A stretch of 64,000 bases of DNA, from assembly GCA_964477195.1 (NCBI GenBank), contig CAYZCX010000005.1, positions 11,832-75,831 on the forward strand. The letters are read 5' to 3'. This document shows, in pieces, positions 18,186 through 28,496 of the stretch. The notes under the pieces were generated by a model that saw nothing but the letters and a program-made list of their open reading frames with translations, had not been told where the DNA came from and did not search any database. Position numbers and translations under genes: made by a program. Each line of letters begins with the position of its first letter. The first letter of the stretch is position 1. This DNA comes from an uncultured Candidatus Saccharibacteria bacterium (GTDB lineage Bacteria > Patescibacteriota > Saccharimonadia > Saccharimonadales > Saccharimonadaceae).

Positions 18186-19331
18186 CTAGGCAGCCGGTTC
18201 GTCTTCGCCTTGCAGCTTTTTGACTAATTTTGCCAGTGGCTTCTCGCTCTTGACTCGATTTTTGCGTGCACGTGCCAAGTAATCTTCAAGAAGTACCTTG
18301 AGACAACCAGCTACCGGTATAGAGATGATGGCACCGGGAAGCCCGAAGACGTAGATACCGATTGTCACAGCCGAAAGAACCGTCAGCGCAGAAAGCTCTA
18401 ACTTACGAGCCTGAATCGTCGGTGAGATAAGATTATTTTCGAACTGCTGATAAATGATAAAGTAAACAGCGAATATGATACCAGCCGTCAGATCGTTGAA
18501 GCCTAGAAGGACAGCAATCAGTGCACCTCCGACTGTCGCACCAAACATAGGAATAAGTGACAGCGTAAAAGCAATTGCAATTGCCGGAAGCGCAAGGTTG
18601 ACAGGCACATTATGGAAAATCAGACTCAGAATAAATACCACGAACCCTGCGGCCAGCGCGTCAATCGCCGAGACGGTCAACTGCCCCGTCACATATCCCG
18701 TCACGACATGATACATCTTGTGCACCATGTTGCGGTGGTATTCCATTCGCTCTTCATCGTTGTAAATACCCCAGAGTCGACTCAGCCACATTGGCCCTTC
18801 GACAAGCATCAGGAAAGTGAGCACAAGGACGAATAATCCCGAAACGATCAGCGAAGCGATGGATCCTAACCCATTTAATACATTCGATCCAAGGTTGGCC
18901 GCCCAACCGGTCGTATTGTTGCGAATGGTGTCCATCGCACTTTCTACTTGCGGCTGAAGATGATATTTATCAATCAACGCGCTAAGACCATGCCACTGTG
19001 TCGTCGCAGTTTCAACAAGCCCCGGAATGGTCTCGGCAAAGCGTACCGTCTGTTGGACGATAGGGGGAACAACAAGAAAAAGAAAACCGCCAAGTATCAC
19101 AATAACGAGAAGAAATGCAGTCGCGGTCGGCCAGACGCGACTTTTTCCAGGGAGATACTTCGCGAGGAACGATACAGGCTTGTTAAGCGCCAAGGCAAGA
19201 AAAAGTGCCAGCCCCAACATAAGAAGTGCAGTGCGAGCACTATAAATTGCTAAGATAGCAAACGCAAACCCTATGACGACCAACCAGAACCGCACGAATG
19301 TTTTGGTGTCGATCTCTATACGAACTTTCAT
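18186..19331 (-). CDS. AI-2E family transporter (PerM-like permease)
   Basis: 381 aa with the topology and sequence flavour typical of the family. Confidence 0.75.
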   Translation of the reverse strand: MKVRIEIDTKTFVRFWLVVIGFAFAILAIYSARTALLMLGLALFLALALNKPVSFLAKYLPGKSRVWPTATAFLLVIVILGGFLFLVVPPIVQQTVRFAETIPGLVETATTQWHGLSALIDKYHLQPQVESAMDTIRNNTTGWAANLGSNVLNGLGSIASLIVSGLFVLVLTFLMLVEGPMWLSRLWGIYNDEERMEYHRNMVHKMYHVVTGYVTGQLTVSAIDALAAGFVVFILSLIFHNVPVNLALPAIAIAFTLSLIPMFGATVGGALIAVLLGFNDLTAGIIFAVYFIIYQQFENNLISPTIQARKLELSALTVLSAVTIGIYVFGLPGAIISIPVAGCLKVLLEDYLARARKNRVKSEKPLAKLVKKLQGEDEPAA

Positions 19332-19368
19332 AATGTTTTTATTATAGCACTTCCAGAGGATATGACAT

Positions 19369-20217
19369 TCATACTCGAATCCGAAGTCCTTTTGCGTGAC
19401 TCTGGTATTTCAGTGGTGTATTGCAGCGCTGTCGTTCACCATCATGAGAAATATGCATGTGTTTGCTCTTGGCTGAGATTGTGAGATTTGTCACCTCCCG
19501 TACATCAAACTCGTCGAGTTGCGTACTTTTGCCAAGTAGCGTCATAAATGCAATTTTGCCCAGAACAAACCGAGATGTAGCGCGGACAATAAAAACTGAC
19601 AGCTTCCCCTCATTAATGTGACTTCGAGCCGCTCCACCGAGTGTGTCAAGTTTGTAGATATTATTACCAACAAAAACAAAGGGGGTATAAAACGACTCAC
19701 CGGCAATCGTCACATGATAGGTCTTCAGTCGAATGAGTACCCGAAATCCCGCGAGAAATGCAGCAAGCCATTTGCCCAAGATATTCTCAATTCGACTGCG
19801 CTCCTGAAGTGATGACGGATACAAACCGAGACTCGAGTTATTGATAAAAACAACATCATTGACTGTCGCAAAGTCTACCGCCCTTATCTTTGAGCGGGGT
19901 AGCTGCTTGATCGCATGATCAAGGTCCTGTGGAATACTGAGATCTTTAGTGAAGTGATTGAGTGTCCCGCCAGGAAGTGGCGCCAGGACTGCTTTCGTCC
20001 CAGCAACTCGACTAGCAACCGCGCTGATTGTCCCGTCACCGCCCACGACGGCAATGGTTTTTCCGGCGCGAATAGCAGGGCGTAATTTCGCACGAAATGT
20101 GTCATCAAAAGAAATCGCTTGCTCAATAGTTATATTGTACTTTTCAAATAGCTCTCGGAGTTCAACCAAACTCCGGGCACTTCCTGATTTTTTGCTATAC
20201 ACTAAGACGATATTCAT
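19369..20217 (-). CDS. diacylglycerol/lipid kinase family protein (YegS/DagK-like)
   Basis: IAVVGGDGTISAV...LPGGTLNHFTKDL catalytic-domain motifs. Confidence 0.85.
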   Translation of the reverse strand: MNIVLVYSKKSGSARSLVELRELFEKYNITIEQAISFDDTFRAKLRPAIRAGKTIAVVGGDGTISAVASRVAGTKAVLAPLPGGTLNHFTKDLSIPQDLDHAIKQLPRSKIRAVDFATVNDVVFINNSSLGLYPSSLQERSRIENILGKWLAAFLAGFRVLIRLKTYHVTIAGESFYTPFVFVGNNIYKLDTLGGAARSHINEGKLSVFIVRATSRFVLGKIAFMTLLGKSTQLDEFDVREVTNLTISAKSKHMHISHDGERQRCNTPLKYQSHAKGLRIRV

Positions 20218-20708
20218 AAACTCGGCTTAATAATAAAAATGATCACCGCAAGCCCCACACATCCAAGCAGTAAACCTGCCACTACATCACTCGGAAAATG
20301 CGCCCCTAAGTACACACGCGAAACCCCAACGGCCAGCAACAATACAATGAAAAGTCCTGCGATAATACTACTCCATGGCTGCGGGAAAAAATGCCATGCC
20401 AAATATGCGAGCAAGCCATAGATAACTGTCGCACCAACCGTATGGCCGCTTGGAAAACTGAACGAGGTAAACATCATGTTATTAACATATTCGGTGATAG
20501 GACGGTCACGTCGCAGAACGAGTTTCAATAAACTGCCAGCACCCAGCGTGACCACAGCAGTCAAACCCGCATAAACGAGACGCTGATTTTCCTTTACAAT
20601 GCCTGCCACGACGATAATTGTGCATATGCCAAGGACAACCACCGGATGCCCAAGCGTCGTAAAAACCGTCATAAGCCCCTCGAGCCCGCGCCAATGCTGG
20701 ATGGCCAT
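20214..20708 (-). CDS. PAP2 family phosphatase
   Basis: KLVLRRDRP, SFPSGHT, SRVYLGAHFPSDV. I prefer the ATG at 20708 (MAIQHW) because the tracked start at 20774 would overlap divergent yajQ. Confidence 0.8.
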   Translation of the reverse strand: MAIQHWRGLEGLMTVFTTLGHPVVVLGICTIIVVAGIVKENQRLVYAGLTAVVTLGAGSLLKLVLRRDRPITEYVNNMMFTSFSFPSGHTVGATVIYGLLAYLAWHFFPQPWSSIIAGLFIVLLLAVGVSRVYLGAHFPSDVVAGLLLGCVGLAVIIFIIKPSL

Positions 20709-20767
20709 CGTTAACTTTGTATCAAAATTATGAACATAGGTTCGCATATTTCTATTATAATGAATAT

Positions 20768-21262
20768 ATGGCAACTTTTTCTTTTGATATTGTTTCGGAT
20801 TATGACAAAGCAGAAATGAATAACGTTTTTAGCGGGGTAGAGCGTGAAATCGCAACACGCTACGATTTTAAAGGCACGCCAGCTGCGATAGAATGGCTCA
20901 ACGACAAGACAGGCTTTAAAGTAATTGGCGCAAACCAATGGCAATGCGATGCAATCGTGGATATTATTCGCAAAAAGCTCGCTGGCCGAAACCAGACGTC
21001 CAAGGTCTTAAATCTAGAGAAAACACCTATCGAGAGTAACCTCAAAACCACTTGGGATATTCCCTTCAAACAAGGGTTATCACAAGATAATGCAAAAGCA
21101 ATTACCAAGATCATCCGCGATAAACAGCCGAAAGCAAAGTCGCAAATTCAGGGAGATGTGGTTCGTGTATCCAGCGCAAGTAAAGATGATCTCCAATCGG
21201 TCATTAATTTACTGCAGAGCGAAGATTTCGATTTTCCGCTCCAATTCATTAATTATCGCTAA
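20768..21262 (+). CDS. yajQ: YajQ family nucleotide-binding protein (UPF0234)
   Basis: MATFSFDIVSDYDKAEMNN...RYDFKGT...VRVSSASKDDLQ is typical YajQ; ATG at 20768 inside the tracked ORF. Confidence 0.88.
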   Translation: MATFSFDIVSDYDKAEMNNVFSGVEREIATRYDFKGTPAAIEWLNDKTGFKVIGANQWQCDAIVDIIRKKLAGRNQTSKVLNLEKTPIESNLKTTWDIPFKQGLSQDNAKAITKIIRDKQPKAKSQIQGDVVRVSSASKDDLQSVINLLQSEDFDFPLQFINYR

Positions 21263-21280
21263 GTTGTTACAATAGAGTTT

Positions 21281-22201
21281 ATGATTAAAAACACACCGCT
21301 TATCACTGTCGAACATTTCCAGATGGCGTTTGGCAAAAATACTGTCATAAAGGACCTCTCGTTTAGTGTTAATAGAGGTGAAACATTCGGTTTCCTGGGA
21401 AGTAATGGTTCTGGCAAGACCACGACTATTCGCGCACTCCTAGGTATTTATGAACCAACGGGCGGCTCACTCACTATTGACGGAGCTCCCTATCAAGTAA
21501 GTGGAGATGTCAAACTCGGATATCTTCCCGAAGAACGTGGATTATACAAAAAAGAAAAAGTGATCGACACGATGGTTTATTTTGGAGCACTGAAGGGCCT
21601 CTCTGCGACACTTGCCGAGGAATGGTCAAAGGATTATTTAGAACGAGTAGGCCTAAAAGAAAAAATCCATGAGCGGCTCGATAAACTCTCCGGTGGGCAG
21701 CAGCAAAAAGTGCAGCTGGGAATCACCATCATGAACGATCCCGACCTACTGATTCTTGATGAGCCGACCAAAGGATTCGACCCAGTAAATCGTCGTTTGC
21801 TTATGGAGATCATAGAGGAGCATCAGCAAAAAGGTGCAACCGTTATTTTTGTCACCCACCAGATGGAAGAAGTCGAGCGCTTGTGTGATCGGATCCTTCT
21901 GCTCAAAGACGGAACATCTCGTCTCTACGGGAGCATTGAGAAAGTAAAGGAAGAATTTGGCGGCACAGAGCTCGAAATCGTCTCCGAACACGCCATTCCT
22001 GAAAATATGAAACTTTACGATATCAAGCGCCAAGAGGGAAGCCTTACTATCCTCAGCCCAACGGCAGATGCATTCGCCATCCAGCGTTCACTTGTCGCGG
22101 CCGGTGTTGCCTACACTCGGTTCGAGCTCAAACGTCCATCGCTCGATGATATTTTTGTTCAGATTTATGGCGATCAAAACAAGGAGTCTGACAATGCATA
22201 A
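21281..22201 (+). CDS. ABC transporter ATP-binding protein (ABC-2 type)
   Basis: Walker A GSNGSGKTT, signature LSGGQQQKV, Walker B LLILDEP. Confidence 0.9.
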   Translation: MIKNTPLITVEHFQMAFGKNTVIKDLSFSVNRGETFGFLGSNGSGKTTTIRALLGIYEPTGGSLTIDGAPYQVSGDVKLGYLPEERGLYKKEKVIDTMVYFGALKGLSATLAEEWSKDYLERVGLKEKIHERLDKLSGGQQQKVQLGITIMNDPDLLILDEPTKGFDPVNRRLLMEIIEEHQQKGATVIFVTHQMEEVERLCDRILLLKDGTSRLYGSIEKVKEEFGGTELEIVSEHAIPENMKLYDIKRQEGSLTILSPTADAFAIQRSLVAAGVAYTRFELKRPSLDDIFVQIYGDQNKESDNA

Positions 22202-23402
22202 TCTCGGCACAGTGATAAAATTTGAAGTCACGCGGACACTCAAGAAAAAAAGTTTCTGGTTAGCTGCGCTAGCAATTCCTGTCATCGCAGCGCTTATCGG
22301 TGTCATCATTTATTTTTCTAACAAAACGACCAATGATGTCGGCGAACAACTATCGAGTGAGCGTTATTCACTTGGCGTGACAGACGATTCGGGAATGCTC
22401 TCGACACAACTCCTGGCATCTGTTAACGCGCAAAAGATAGTTTCGCCAGACATAGGAAAGGACGCGGTAAAATCCGGCCAACTTGACGCGTATTTCCATT
22501 ATCCTGCGGACGTCAAAACACAACCTGTTGAGGTATATGGCAAAGAAGTCGGATTATTTAAAAACGGCCGATACCAAGGACTCGCAGAACAGCTCCTCAC
22601 TCAATCGGTCACACTTTCGACAACTCCAAACATCCAGGCCGTCATCCAAAAAAGCGTCAATTATCAGGCAATTACCTATAAAGATGGCCAAGAAGACAAA
22701 GGTTTCTTAAAAATCATCGCTCCGGCGATATTCCTTGTGCTGTTTTACTTCATGATTGTGACATTCGGTGGGCAGATGCTCACTAGCATTATCGAAGAAA
22801 AAGAAAACCGTGTCATCGAGATGATTCTCACGACCATCCGCCCGACAACCCTCCTCATGGGGAAGCTTTTTTCACTCATTATATTGGCAGTCGTCCAAAT
22901 GATCATTATCCTTTTGCCAATCATTGCAGGATACTTCATCTTTAAAACACAACTAGCACTTCCGAACTTCGATTTGTCGAGCATTCCGTTGGATCCCGTC
23001 GCTCTGACGCTCGGAGCAGTCATATTTATAGTAAGTTTTCTCATGTACACGGGTATTCTCATGACCATCGGCGCCGCAATGCCGACTGCCAAGGAGGCAA
23101 ACAGTTTCTTTGGAGCGGCAATGGCATTTACTTTCGGCCCGCTCTACGCAGCACCGCTGTTTATTTCATCACCCGATTCCGTATTGGTGCAGATACTTAG
23201 TTATTTTCCACTAACATCTCCAATTCCTTTGCTCCTACGAAATGCCGTCGGGAACCTCACTGTGCAGGAAGCGCTCATTGCCATTGCACTACTTGTCCTA
23301 ACGACTGCATTTGCCATTCGAATCGGTGTCCGAATCTTCAAATATGGTGCTCTCGAGTACAGTAGACGGCTCAGTGCAAAAGAAATATTTGGCAAAAGGT
23401 AA
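22194..23402 (+). CDS. ABC-2 type transporter permease
   Basis: ATG 22194 overlaps the upstream stop (ATGCATAA). N-terminal TM, large extracytoplasmic loop, then a C-terminal TM bundle. Confidence 0.75.
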   Translation: MHNLGTVIKFEVTRTLKKKSFWLAALAIPVIAALIGVIIYFSNKTTNDVGEQLSSERYSLGVTDDSGMLSTQLLASVNAQKIVSPDIGKDAVKSGQLDAYFHYPADVKTQPVEVYGKEVGLFKNGRYQGLAEQLLTQSVTLSTTPNIQAVIQKSVNYQAITYKDGQEDKGFLKIIAPAIFLVLFYFMIVTFGGQMLTSIIEEKENRVIEMILTTIRPTTLLMGKLFSLIILAVVQMIIILLPIIAGYFIFKTQLALPNFDLSSIPLDPVALTLGAVIFIVSFLMYTGILMTIGAAMPTAKEANSFFGAAMAFTFGPLYAAPLFISSPDSVLVQILSYFPLTSPIPLLLRNAVGNLTVQEALIAIALLVLTTAFAIRIGVRIFKYGALEYSRRLSAKEIFGKR

Positions 23403-23486
23403 CTACTTCTTGAAGTAATCAACAAATTGTCATTGCAGTTCGGCTGTGACTCCCGCTTCGTCCTGTTCGCCAAGCCTCGATCAGGC

Positions 23487-23618
23487 CTAAAACGTAACAA
23501 TGATCGTGATGAGCACGAGGCTCACAACAGCGAGACACGCAACGGCGAGTGCTACTTTGTTGGGTTCGAAGTCTACCTTTTTTGTACTCTTTTTCTTAAG
23601 TGAGGATTGTTTTACCAT
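23487..23618 (-). CDS. small single-pass membrane protein (43 aa), below ORF-track cutoff
   Basis: MVKQSSLKKKSTKKVDFEPNKVALAVACLAVVSLVLITIIVTF; RBS TAGGAG 6 nt upstream. Confidence 0.35.
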   Translation of the reverse strand: MVKQSSLKKKSTKKVDFEPNKVALAVACLAVVSLVLITIIVTF

Positions 23619-23716
23619 ATTACTCCTAGTGTACCCATTATTTATATTTGTCGCAAGTAAAAAGCATAAGTGATATTTTCATATTTATACCATATCTTTA
23701 CGCAGGCTGCTAGACA

Positions 23717-24046
23717 ATGTATAGTAGTGATATGAGTGAAGTAATCGATCAAATCGGATGCGTCAAGGCGGCGACAGCTATTTTGGGCGATAAATGGACG
23801 CCGCAACTTCTTCGTTATTTTATTAATGAAGATGAAGTTCGCTTTTGTCAGCTTCAAGATCTGGTCGGAGGCATTAACCCGCGAACGCTTTCGGCCCGGC
23901 TCATCCATCTTGAGGAAGCCGATATTATAGAGAAGGTTGTTAAAGATCAGACAGGACACTGCACTTACCGGCTCACCAAGAAGGGAAGTGACCTTCTGCC
24001 TATTCTTCAGGATATGCATAGCTGGAGCCAAAAGTATGCATCATAA
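23717..24046 (+). CDS. HxlR family transcriptional regulator
   Basis: ILGDKWTPQLLRYF...RF..L...INPRTLSARL..LEEADII...YRLTKKG. Confidence 0.8.
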   Translation: MYSSDMSEVIDQIGCVKAATAILGDKWTPQLLRYFINEDEVRFCQLQDLVGGINPRTLSARLIHLEEADIIEKVVKDQTGHCTYRLTKKGSDLLPILQDMHSWSQKYAS

Positions 24047-24088
24047 GGACTTAAGATTTCTTTAAGCAATACGGCCTACACTGAGAAT

Positions 24089-24763
24089 ATGCGGATTCTT
24101 ATAATCGAAGACGAACACAAAATTGCACGAGCTCTTAAAAAAGCTCTCGAGCAAGAAAGCTATGCAGTTGATGTTGCCTACAATGGCGACGATGGGTATG
24201 CTATGGCAACTACTGAACCCTATGACGCCATGATTATCGATCGTATGCTTCCTGGTGACTACGACGGGGTCGCGATCTTAAAAGCGATGCGATCGGGCCG
24301 TGTTCATACACCTGTCCTTTTCTTAACGGCACTTGATAGTATTAGCCAGCGAGCAGAGGGGCTCGATAGCGGTGCCGATGATTATCTCGTGAAGCCTTTT
24401 GCTCTCGAGGAGCTGCTTGCTCGAGTGCGCGCACTCCTTCGGCGACCTACAGAGCAAACGCCAACAATTCTCACCGCCGGCGATCTTTCGCTCAACACCG
24501 TTACCTATGAGGTGAAGCGTGCCGGGGCGCCAATTCAGCTCACGAGTAAAGAATTCGCGCTTCTTGAGTATTTTCTCCGCAACCAAAATCGTCCGCTTTC
24601 AAAAGAAATGATTATTTCGCATGTATGGAATTATGATGCGGATATTTTGCCAAATACAGTTGAAGTCTACATAAAATACCTTCGCGCTAAGATAGATGAC
24701 GCTTTTGATGCGCCGCTTATTCATACCATGCGAGGGTTTGGCTACAAGCTGCAGGCTGCGTAA
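24089..24763 (+). CDS. OmpR-family response regulator
   Basis: Receiver domain (ILIIEDE, MIIDRMLPG, KPF) plus winged-helix LTSKEFALLEYF...RGFGYKL. Confidence 0.92.
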   Translation: MRILIIEDEHKIARALKKALEQESYAVDVAYNGDDGYAMATTEPYDAMIIDRMLPGDYDGVAILKAMRSGRVHTPVLFLTALDSISQRAEGLDSGADDYLVKPFALEELLARVRALLRRPTEQTPTILTAGDLSLNTVTYEVKRAGAPIQLTSKEFALLEYFLRNQNRPLSKEMIISHVWNYDADILPNTVEVYIKYLRAKIDDAFDAPLIHTMRGFGYKLQAA

Positions 24764-25764
24764 TGTTTCGTTCGGCGACATTTAAGCTAACGAGCTGGTA
24801 TTTAGCAATCCTGATTGCCGTCTGCCTATTGTTTAGTGTGATTATTTATATGAGTGCATCAAAGGAGGTGGGGGCGCGTATTGATGATTGGCAATCGACG
24901 CCGATATATAATCTGAATCAGCCACGGTTCTTTGCCCTGCGCGATCAACAACTCCATCAAGCCGAAGCTAACCTCATCGCCTCTCTCGGGATAGCAAACA
25001 TCGCAATTTGGACCATCGGCGGTATCGGCAGTTACTATTTGGCGCGACGGACGCTTTCTCCGATCGAAGAAGCTCACGATGCACAATCACGGTTTACGAG
25101 TGATGCGAGTCATGAGCTTCGCACGCCACTTGCCAGCATGAAAACCGAGATCGAAGTCGCCCTACGTGACCCGACGATCTCCAAACAAGAATTACGCGAA
25201 CAGCTCACGAGCAATCTCGAAGAAGTTGATAAGCTATCTCGGCTCTCGCATATGCTACTTCAGCTATCGAGACTCGACCATGCCAATATTATCCTTGAAA
25301 AAGTTTCATTACTCGACGCCGCTTCATCTGTTATTGAGCGGCTAGATAGACACAAGAAACGCATCATTCTGACTGGTCATAGTTCCCACAAAGTACTCGC
25401 AAATCGCTCGAGCGTCGAAGAGCTTATGACTATTTTGCTCGATAATGCGCTCAAATACAGCCCATCCGACTCAAATATCCACATGACGCTTATAACAAAG
25501 AAACAAATGACGGGTTTTGAGATTACCAATGGTGGCGAAGGAATCCCCGCTGAGGCGCTCCCACATATTTTTGATCGCTTTTATCGAGTCGATAGTTCGC
25601 GGGCGGGTGGAGGAAAGAAGGGCTACGGCCTCGGGCTTTCTCTGGCAAAGAAGATTGTTGAGTTAAGCGGTGGCGAATTAACTGTCACAAGCGCGCCTGA
25701 GCATGATACGACCTTTCGAGTTTTTCTGCAAAATCTCAGCAAAAACAAAGCAAAAGATAAGTAG
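24763..25764 (+). CDS. sensor histidine kinase
   Basis: H-box SDASHELRTPL, N-box LLDNALKYS, G-boxes; start overlaps the RR stop (TAATG). Confidence 0.9.
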   Translation: MFRSATFKLTSWYLAILIAVCLLFSVIIYMSASKEVGARIDDWQSTPIYNLNQPRFFALRDQQLHQAEANLIASLGIANIAIWTIGGIGSYYLARRTLSPIEEAHDAQSRFTSDASHELRTPLASMKTEIEVALRDPTISKQELREQLTSNLEEVDKLSRLSHMLLQLSRLDHANIILEKVSLLDAASSVIERLDRHKKRIILTGHSSHKVLANRSSVEELMTILLDNALKYSPSDSNIHMTLITKKQMTGFEITNGGEGIPAEALPHIFDRFYRVDSSRAGGGKKGYGLGLSLAKKIVELSGGELTVTSAPEHDTTFRVFLQNLSKNKAKDK

Positions 25765-25808
25765 CCTCCTATATATTCTTGGTGTAAACCATAATTTAAG
25801 GAGACACC

Positions 25809-27143
25809 ATGAATGTCATAACCCGGGGAATGCGAGGCGCTTTGCGCAGCCCCTTACGATCAGGAGCTATTTTGCTGATGCTTGCGATAAGTATAGGGCT
25901 TATTCTCGCTATGCTTGTCGCAAAGACAAGCGTTGAGGCAAAGATAGCAGAAGTAAAGGCCTCGACCGCCACAGAAATCACCATTAATCCTGCAGGAATT
26001 AGCGGTAATACCGGCGGAGGAGATGCACTTACTGCTGATCAAGTAAAAACCATTTCTCAGACAGCTCACGTAAAAAGCGTCGTCTCAACACTCACAGACC
26101 AGCTAGGGTCAGGCGACACAAGTCTCACCCCATCACTCGAGCTCGGCAATTTTGGTAAACGCCAGCTACGATTCGAGAGTAGGTCGGGCCAAAGCACGAC
26201 AGTCATGCCCGAAGGAGAAGGGGAGGCGCCTAAGCCAAAGACCGAAGTCACCGGTACGTCCGCTCCAAGCGCTACGATTCAAAACACCCAGTTAACAAGC
26301 GGCGACATGATTGATGGCAATAGCAGTGACTTCGTCGCGTTGATTGGCAAAAGCCTGGCAGAGAAAAACTCATTGTCGGTCGGGGGCACATTTACTGCCT
26401 ACGGCAAGACATTTAGCGTCAAAGGGATTTTTTCGACCGATAACAAATTTTTTGATAGCGGAGTCGTCATCCCACTCGCAACACTTCAGTCTCTCACCGA
26501 TCAGATCGGAGCCGTCAGTAGAATTACCGCTACCGTCGACAGTAGCGACAATGTCAGTAGTACCGTCGCGGCGCTCAAAAGTGCACTTGGCGATAAAGCT
26601 GATATCACCAGCCAACAAGAGCAAGCCGAAAATAGCCTAAAGCCACTAGAAAGTATCGCTAGTCTGGCACTCGCCGGTGTCATAGGCGCGACGGTTGCCG
26701 GCGCAGCGATCATACTGCTCTCGATGATCATGATCGTTCGTGAACGACGACGGGAAATCGGGGTCATCAAAGCAATCGGTGGCAAAAACAGCAAAGTAAT
26801 CGTGCAATTTATCACCGAAGCACTGACACTGACTGTCATCGGAGGGATTATCGGAATAGGTATTGGCATCGCCGTGAGCGGACCAATGACCCAGTCACTT
26901 GTCGCAAATTCCGAATCCCAAAATCAAGGCCCGATGGGAGGACGTACATTTATAGCAAAGGGTGGTCCAGGCGCCATCGCCTCGCAGCTCGGAACAAATG
27001 CGAAAAACATTACCGCTAGTCTGACGCCACAGATTTTCTTTGGAAGCGTCGGTATCACACTACTCATAGCAATTATCGGAAGTGCCATTCCTGCCTGGGC
27101 TATCGCCCATGTCCGACCAGCCGAAGTATTACGAACAGAATAA
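25809..27143 (+). CDS. ABC transporter permease, FtsX/MacB-type
   Basis: N-terminal TM, ~250-aa extracytoplasmic domain, C-terminal FtsX-like TM bundle with RRREIGVIKAIGG. Confidence 0.8.
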   Translation: MNVITRGMRGALRSPLRSGAILLMLAISIGLILAMLVAKTSVEAKIAEVKASTATEITINPAGISGNTGGGDALTADQVKTISQTAHVKSVVSTLTDQLGSGDTSLTPSLELGNFGKRQLRFESRSGQSTTVMPEGEGEAPKPKTEVTGTSAPSATIQNTQLTSGDMIDGNSSDFVALIGKSLAEKNSLSVGGTFTAYGKTFSVKGIFSTDNKFFDSGVVIPLATLQSLTDQIGAVSRITATVDSSDNVSSTVAALKSALGDKADITSQQEQAENSLKPLESIASLALAGVIGATVAGAAIILLSMIMIVRERRREIGVIKAIGGKNSKVIVQFITEALTLTVIGGIIGIGIGIAVSGPMTQSLVANSESQNQGPMGGRTFIAKGGPGAIASQLGTNAKNITASLTPQIFFGSVGITLLIAIIGSAIPAWAIAHVRPAEVLRTE

Positions 27144-27152
27144 GGAGGATCC

Positions 27153-27827
27153 ATGTTATCTGTCACACAACTTACGAAAACATTTCACACAAGTCATGGC
27201 GATGTCAGTGCCCTAAAAGATATCTCGTTCCAGGTCGAGACTGGCGAATTCGCTTCGATTATTGGAAGGAGCGGAAGCGGCAAATCGACGCTCCTCAGTC
27301 TGCTCGGCGCGCTCGATACACCGAGCGAGGGGAAAATCATGGTTGATGATGTCGATATCGCCAAGCTTTCGCCTCATAAACAAACGGATTATCGAGCGCG
27401 GAAGATCGGCTTCGTATTTCAGCATTACAACCTCATACCAAATCTCAGTGCTCTGGAGAACGTCATGCTAGCGCTGGAATTTGGCGGCATGAAACCCATG
27501 CATGAACGACGAGAAAGGGCCGCCGAGCTACTCGATGAAGTGGGAATCAGTGACGATGAGCAGCTACGAAAACCAGCCAAACTAAGTGGAGGGCAGCAGC
27601 AACGCGTTTCCATTGCGCGAGCACTCGCAAACCAACCCGCCATCATCCTGGCCGACGAGCCAACAGGCAATTTGGATACCGAGACTGGTAAGAAAATTTT
27701 CGACCTGCTTCATAGTCTATCAAGGAGTGAAAATACTACGATTATCGCCGTCACTCATGATCTCGATATTGCCGGCAAAACAGATCGAACATTTACCTTA
27801 AAGGATGGAAAACTCCTTAACCAATAG
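27153..27827 (+). CDS. ABC transporter ATP-binding protein (MacB/LolD-like)
   Basis: [36 protein letters not shown]. Confidence 0.92.
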   Translation: MLSVTQLTKTFHTSHGDVSALKDISFQVETGEFASIIGRSGSGKSTLLSLLGALDTPSEGKIMVDDVDIAKLSPHKQTDYRARKIGFVFQHYNLIPNLSALENVMLALEFGGMKPMHERRERAAELLDEVGISDDEQLRKPAKLSGGQQQRVSIARALANQPAIILADEPTGNLDTETGKKIFDLLHSLSRSENTTIIAVTHDLDIAGKTDRTFTLKDGKLLNQ

Positions 27828-27944
27828 CGAGTTGTAGTAGCTTATACAATATGGTCGAATTTTCAGATTTAATTCAGTTTTCTGTTTCATAATCTGAAAT
27901 GTAATAGGGCAAACCTATTAGGACAAAAGAAAAGGAGGATCATC

Positions 27945-28412
27945 ATGAGCTCTCAAACAACCATCTATCTTAGCAAGAAGGGCATGAAGGAATTAAAAAA
28001 GGAAGTCACCCGGCTTGAGCGTGATCGCCAAGAGGCAATTGTTGCGCTTCGGGAGCTGGAACACATCGACAGCCACGAGGAGCGACTAAAGCGCAGTGAG
28101 CGACTCGCCCAGCTCGAAATTCTGGAAAGCGAACTTGTTGATAAAAAGCTCATTACAGAAAACGCCAAACTGCTTCCGCGCAAGCGCGATGCGCTCAAGG
28201 TGGCGATTGGATCGGTCGTTGATCTGCTCGACACCAACGGTCGAATCATCCGCTACACAATCGTCGAAACCATCGAAGCAAATCCAAGTGATGGCCGTAT
28301 CTCTACCAAGAGCCCTCTCGGACGTAATCTCCTTGGCAAGCAGATCAAGGATATAGTCGAATGGTCCGTCGGTGTTCGTACGAACCGACTCCAACTCATT
28401 TCCATCACCTAA
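27945..28412 (+). CDS. greA: transcription elongation factor GreA family
   Basis: N-terminal coiled coil; C-terminal ISTKSPLGRNLLGKQIKD motif. Confidence 0.85.
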   Translation: MSSQTTIYLSKKGMKELKKEVTRLERDRQEAIVALRELEHIDSHEERLKRSERLAQLEILESELVDKKLITENAKLLPRKRDALKVAIGSVVDLLDTNGRIIRYTIVETIEANPSDGRISTKSPLGRNLLGKQIKDIVEWSVGVRTNRLQLISIT

Positions 28413-28430
28413 TCCACCTCTTGAGAAAAA

Positions 28431-28470
28431 AGTAATCACCAGTTCATCCCGAGCTGGTGATTACTTTTTT
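28431..28470 (+). terminator. rho-independent terminator after greA
   Basis: AGTAATCACCAG 28431-42 / CTGGTGATTACT 28454-65 followed by T6. Confidence 0.8.
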
Positions 28471-28496
28471 CCCGGGGCTGTCATCTGTTATAATTG

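Noticed and set aside
27861-27899. 9-bp inverted repeat TTTCAGATT...AATCTGAAA upstream of greA
   Set aside because: It could be an operator or leader hairpin, but it is AT-rich, has a 21-nt loop and no supporting second copy. The evidence is insufficient.
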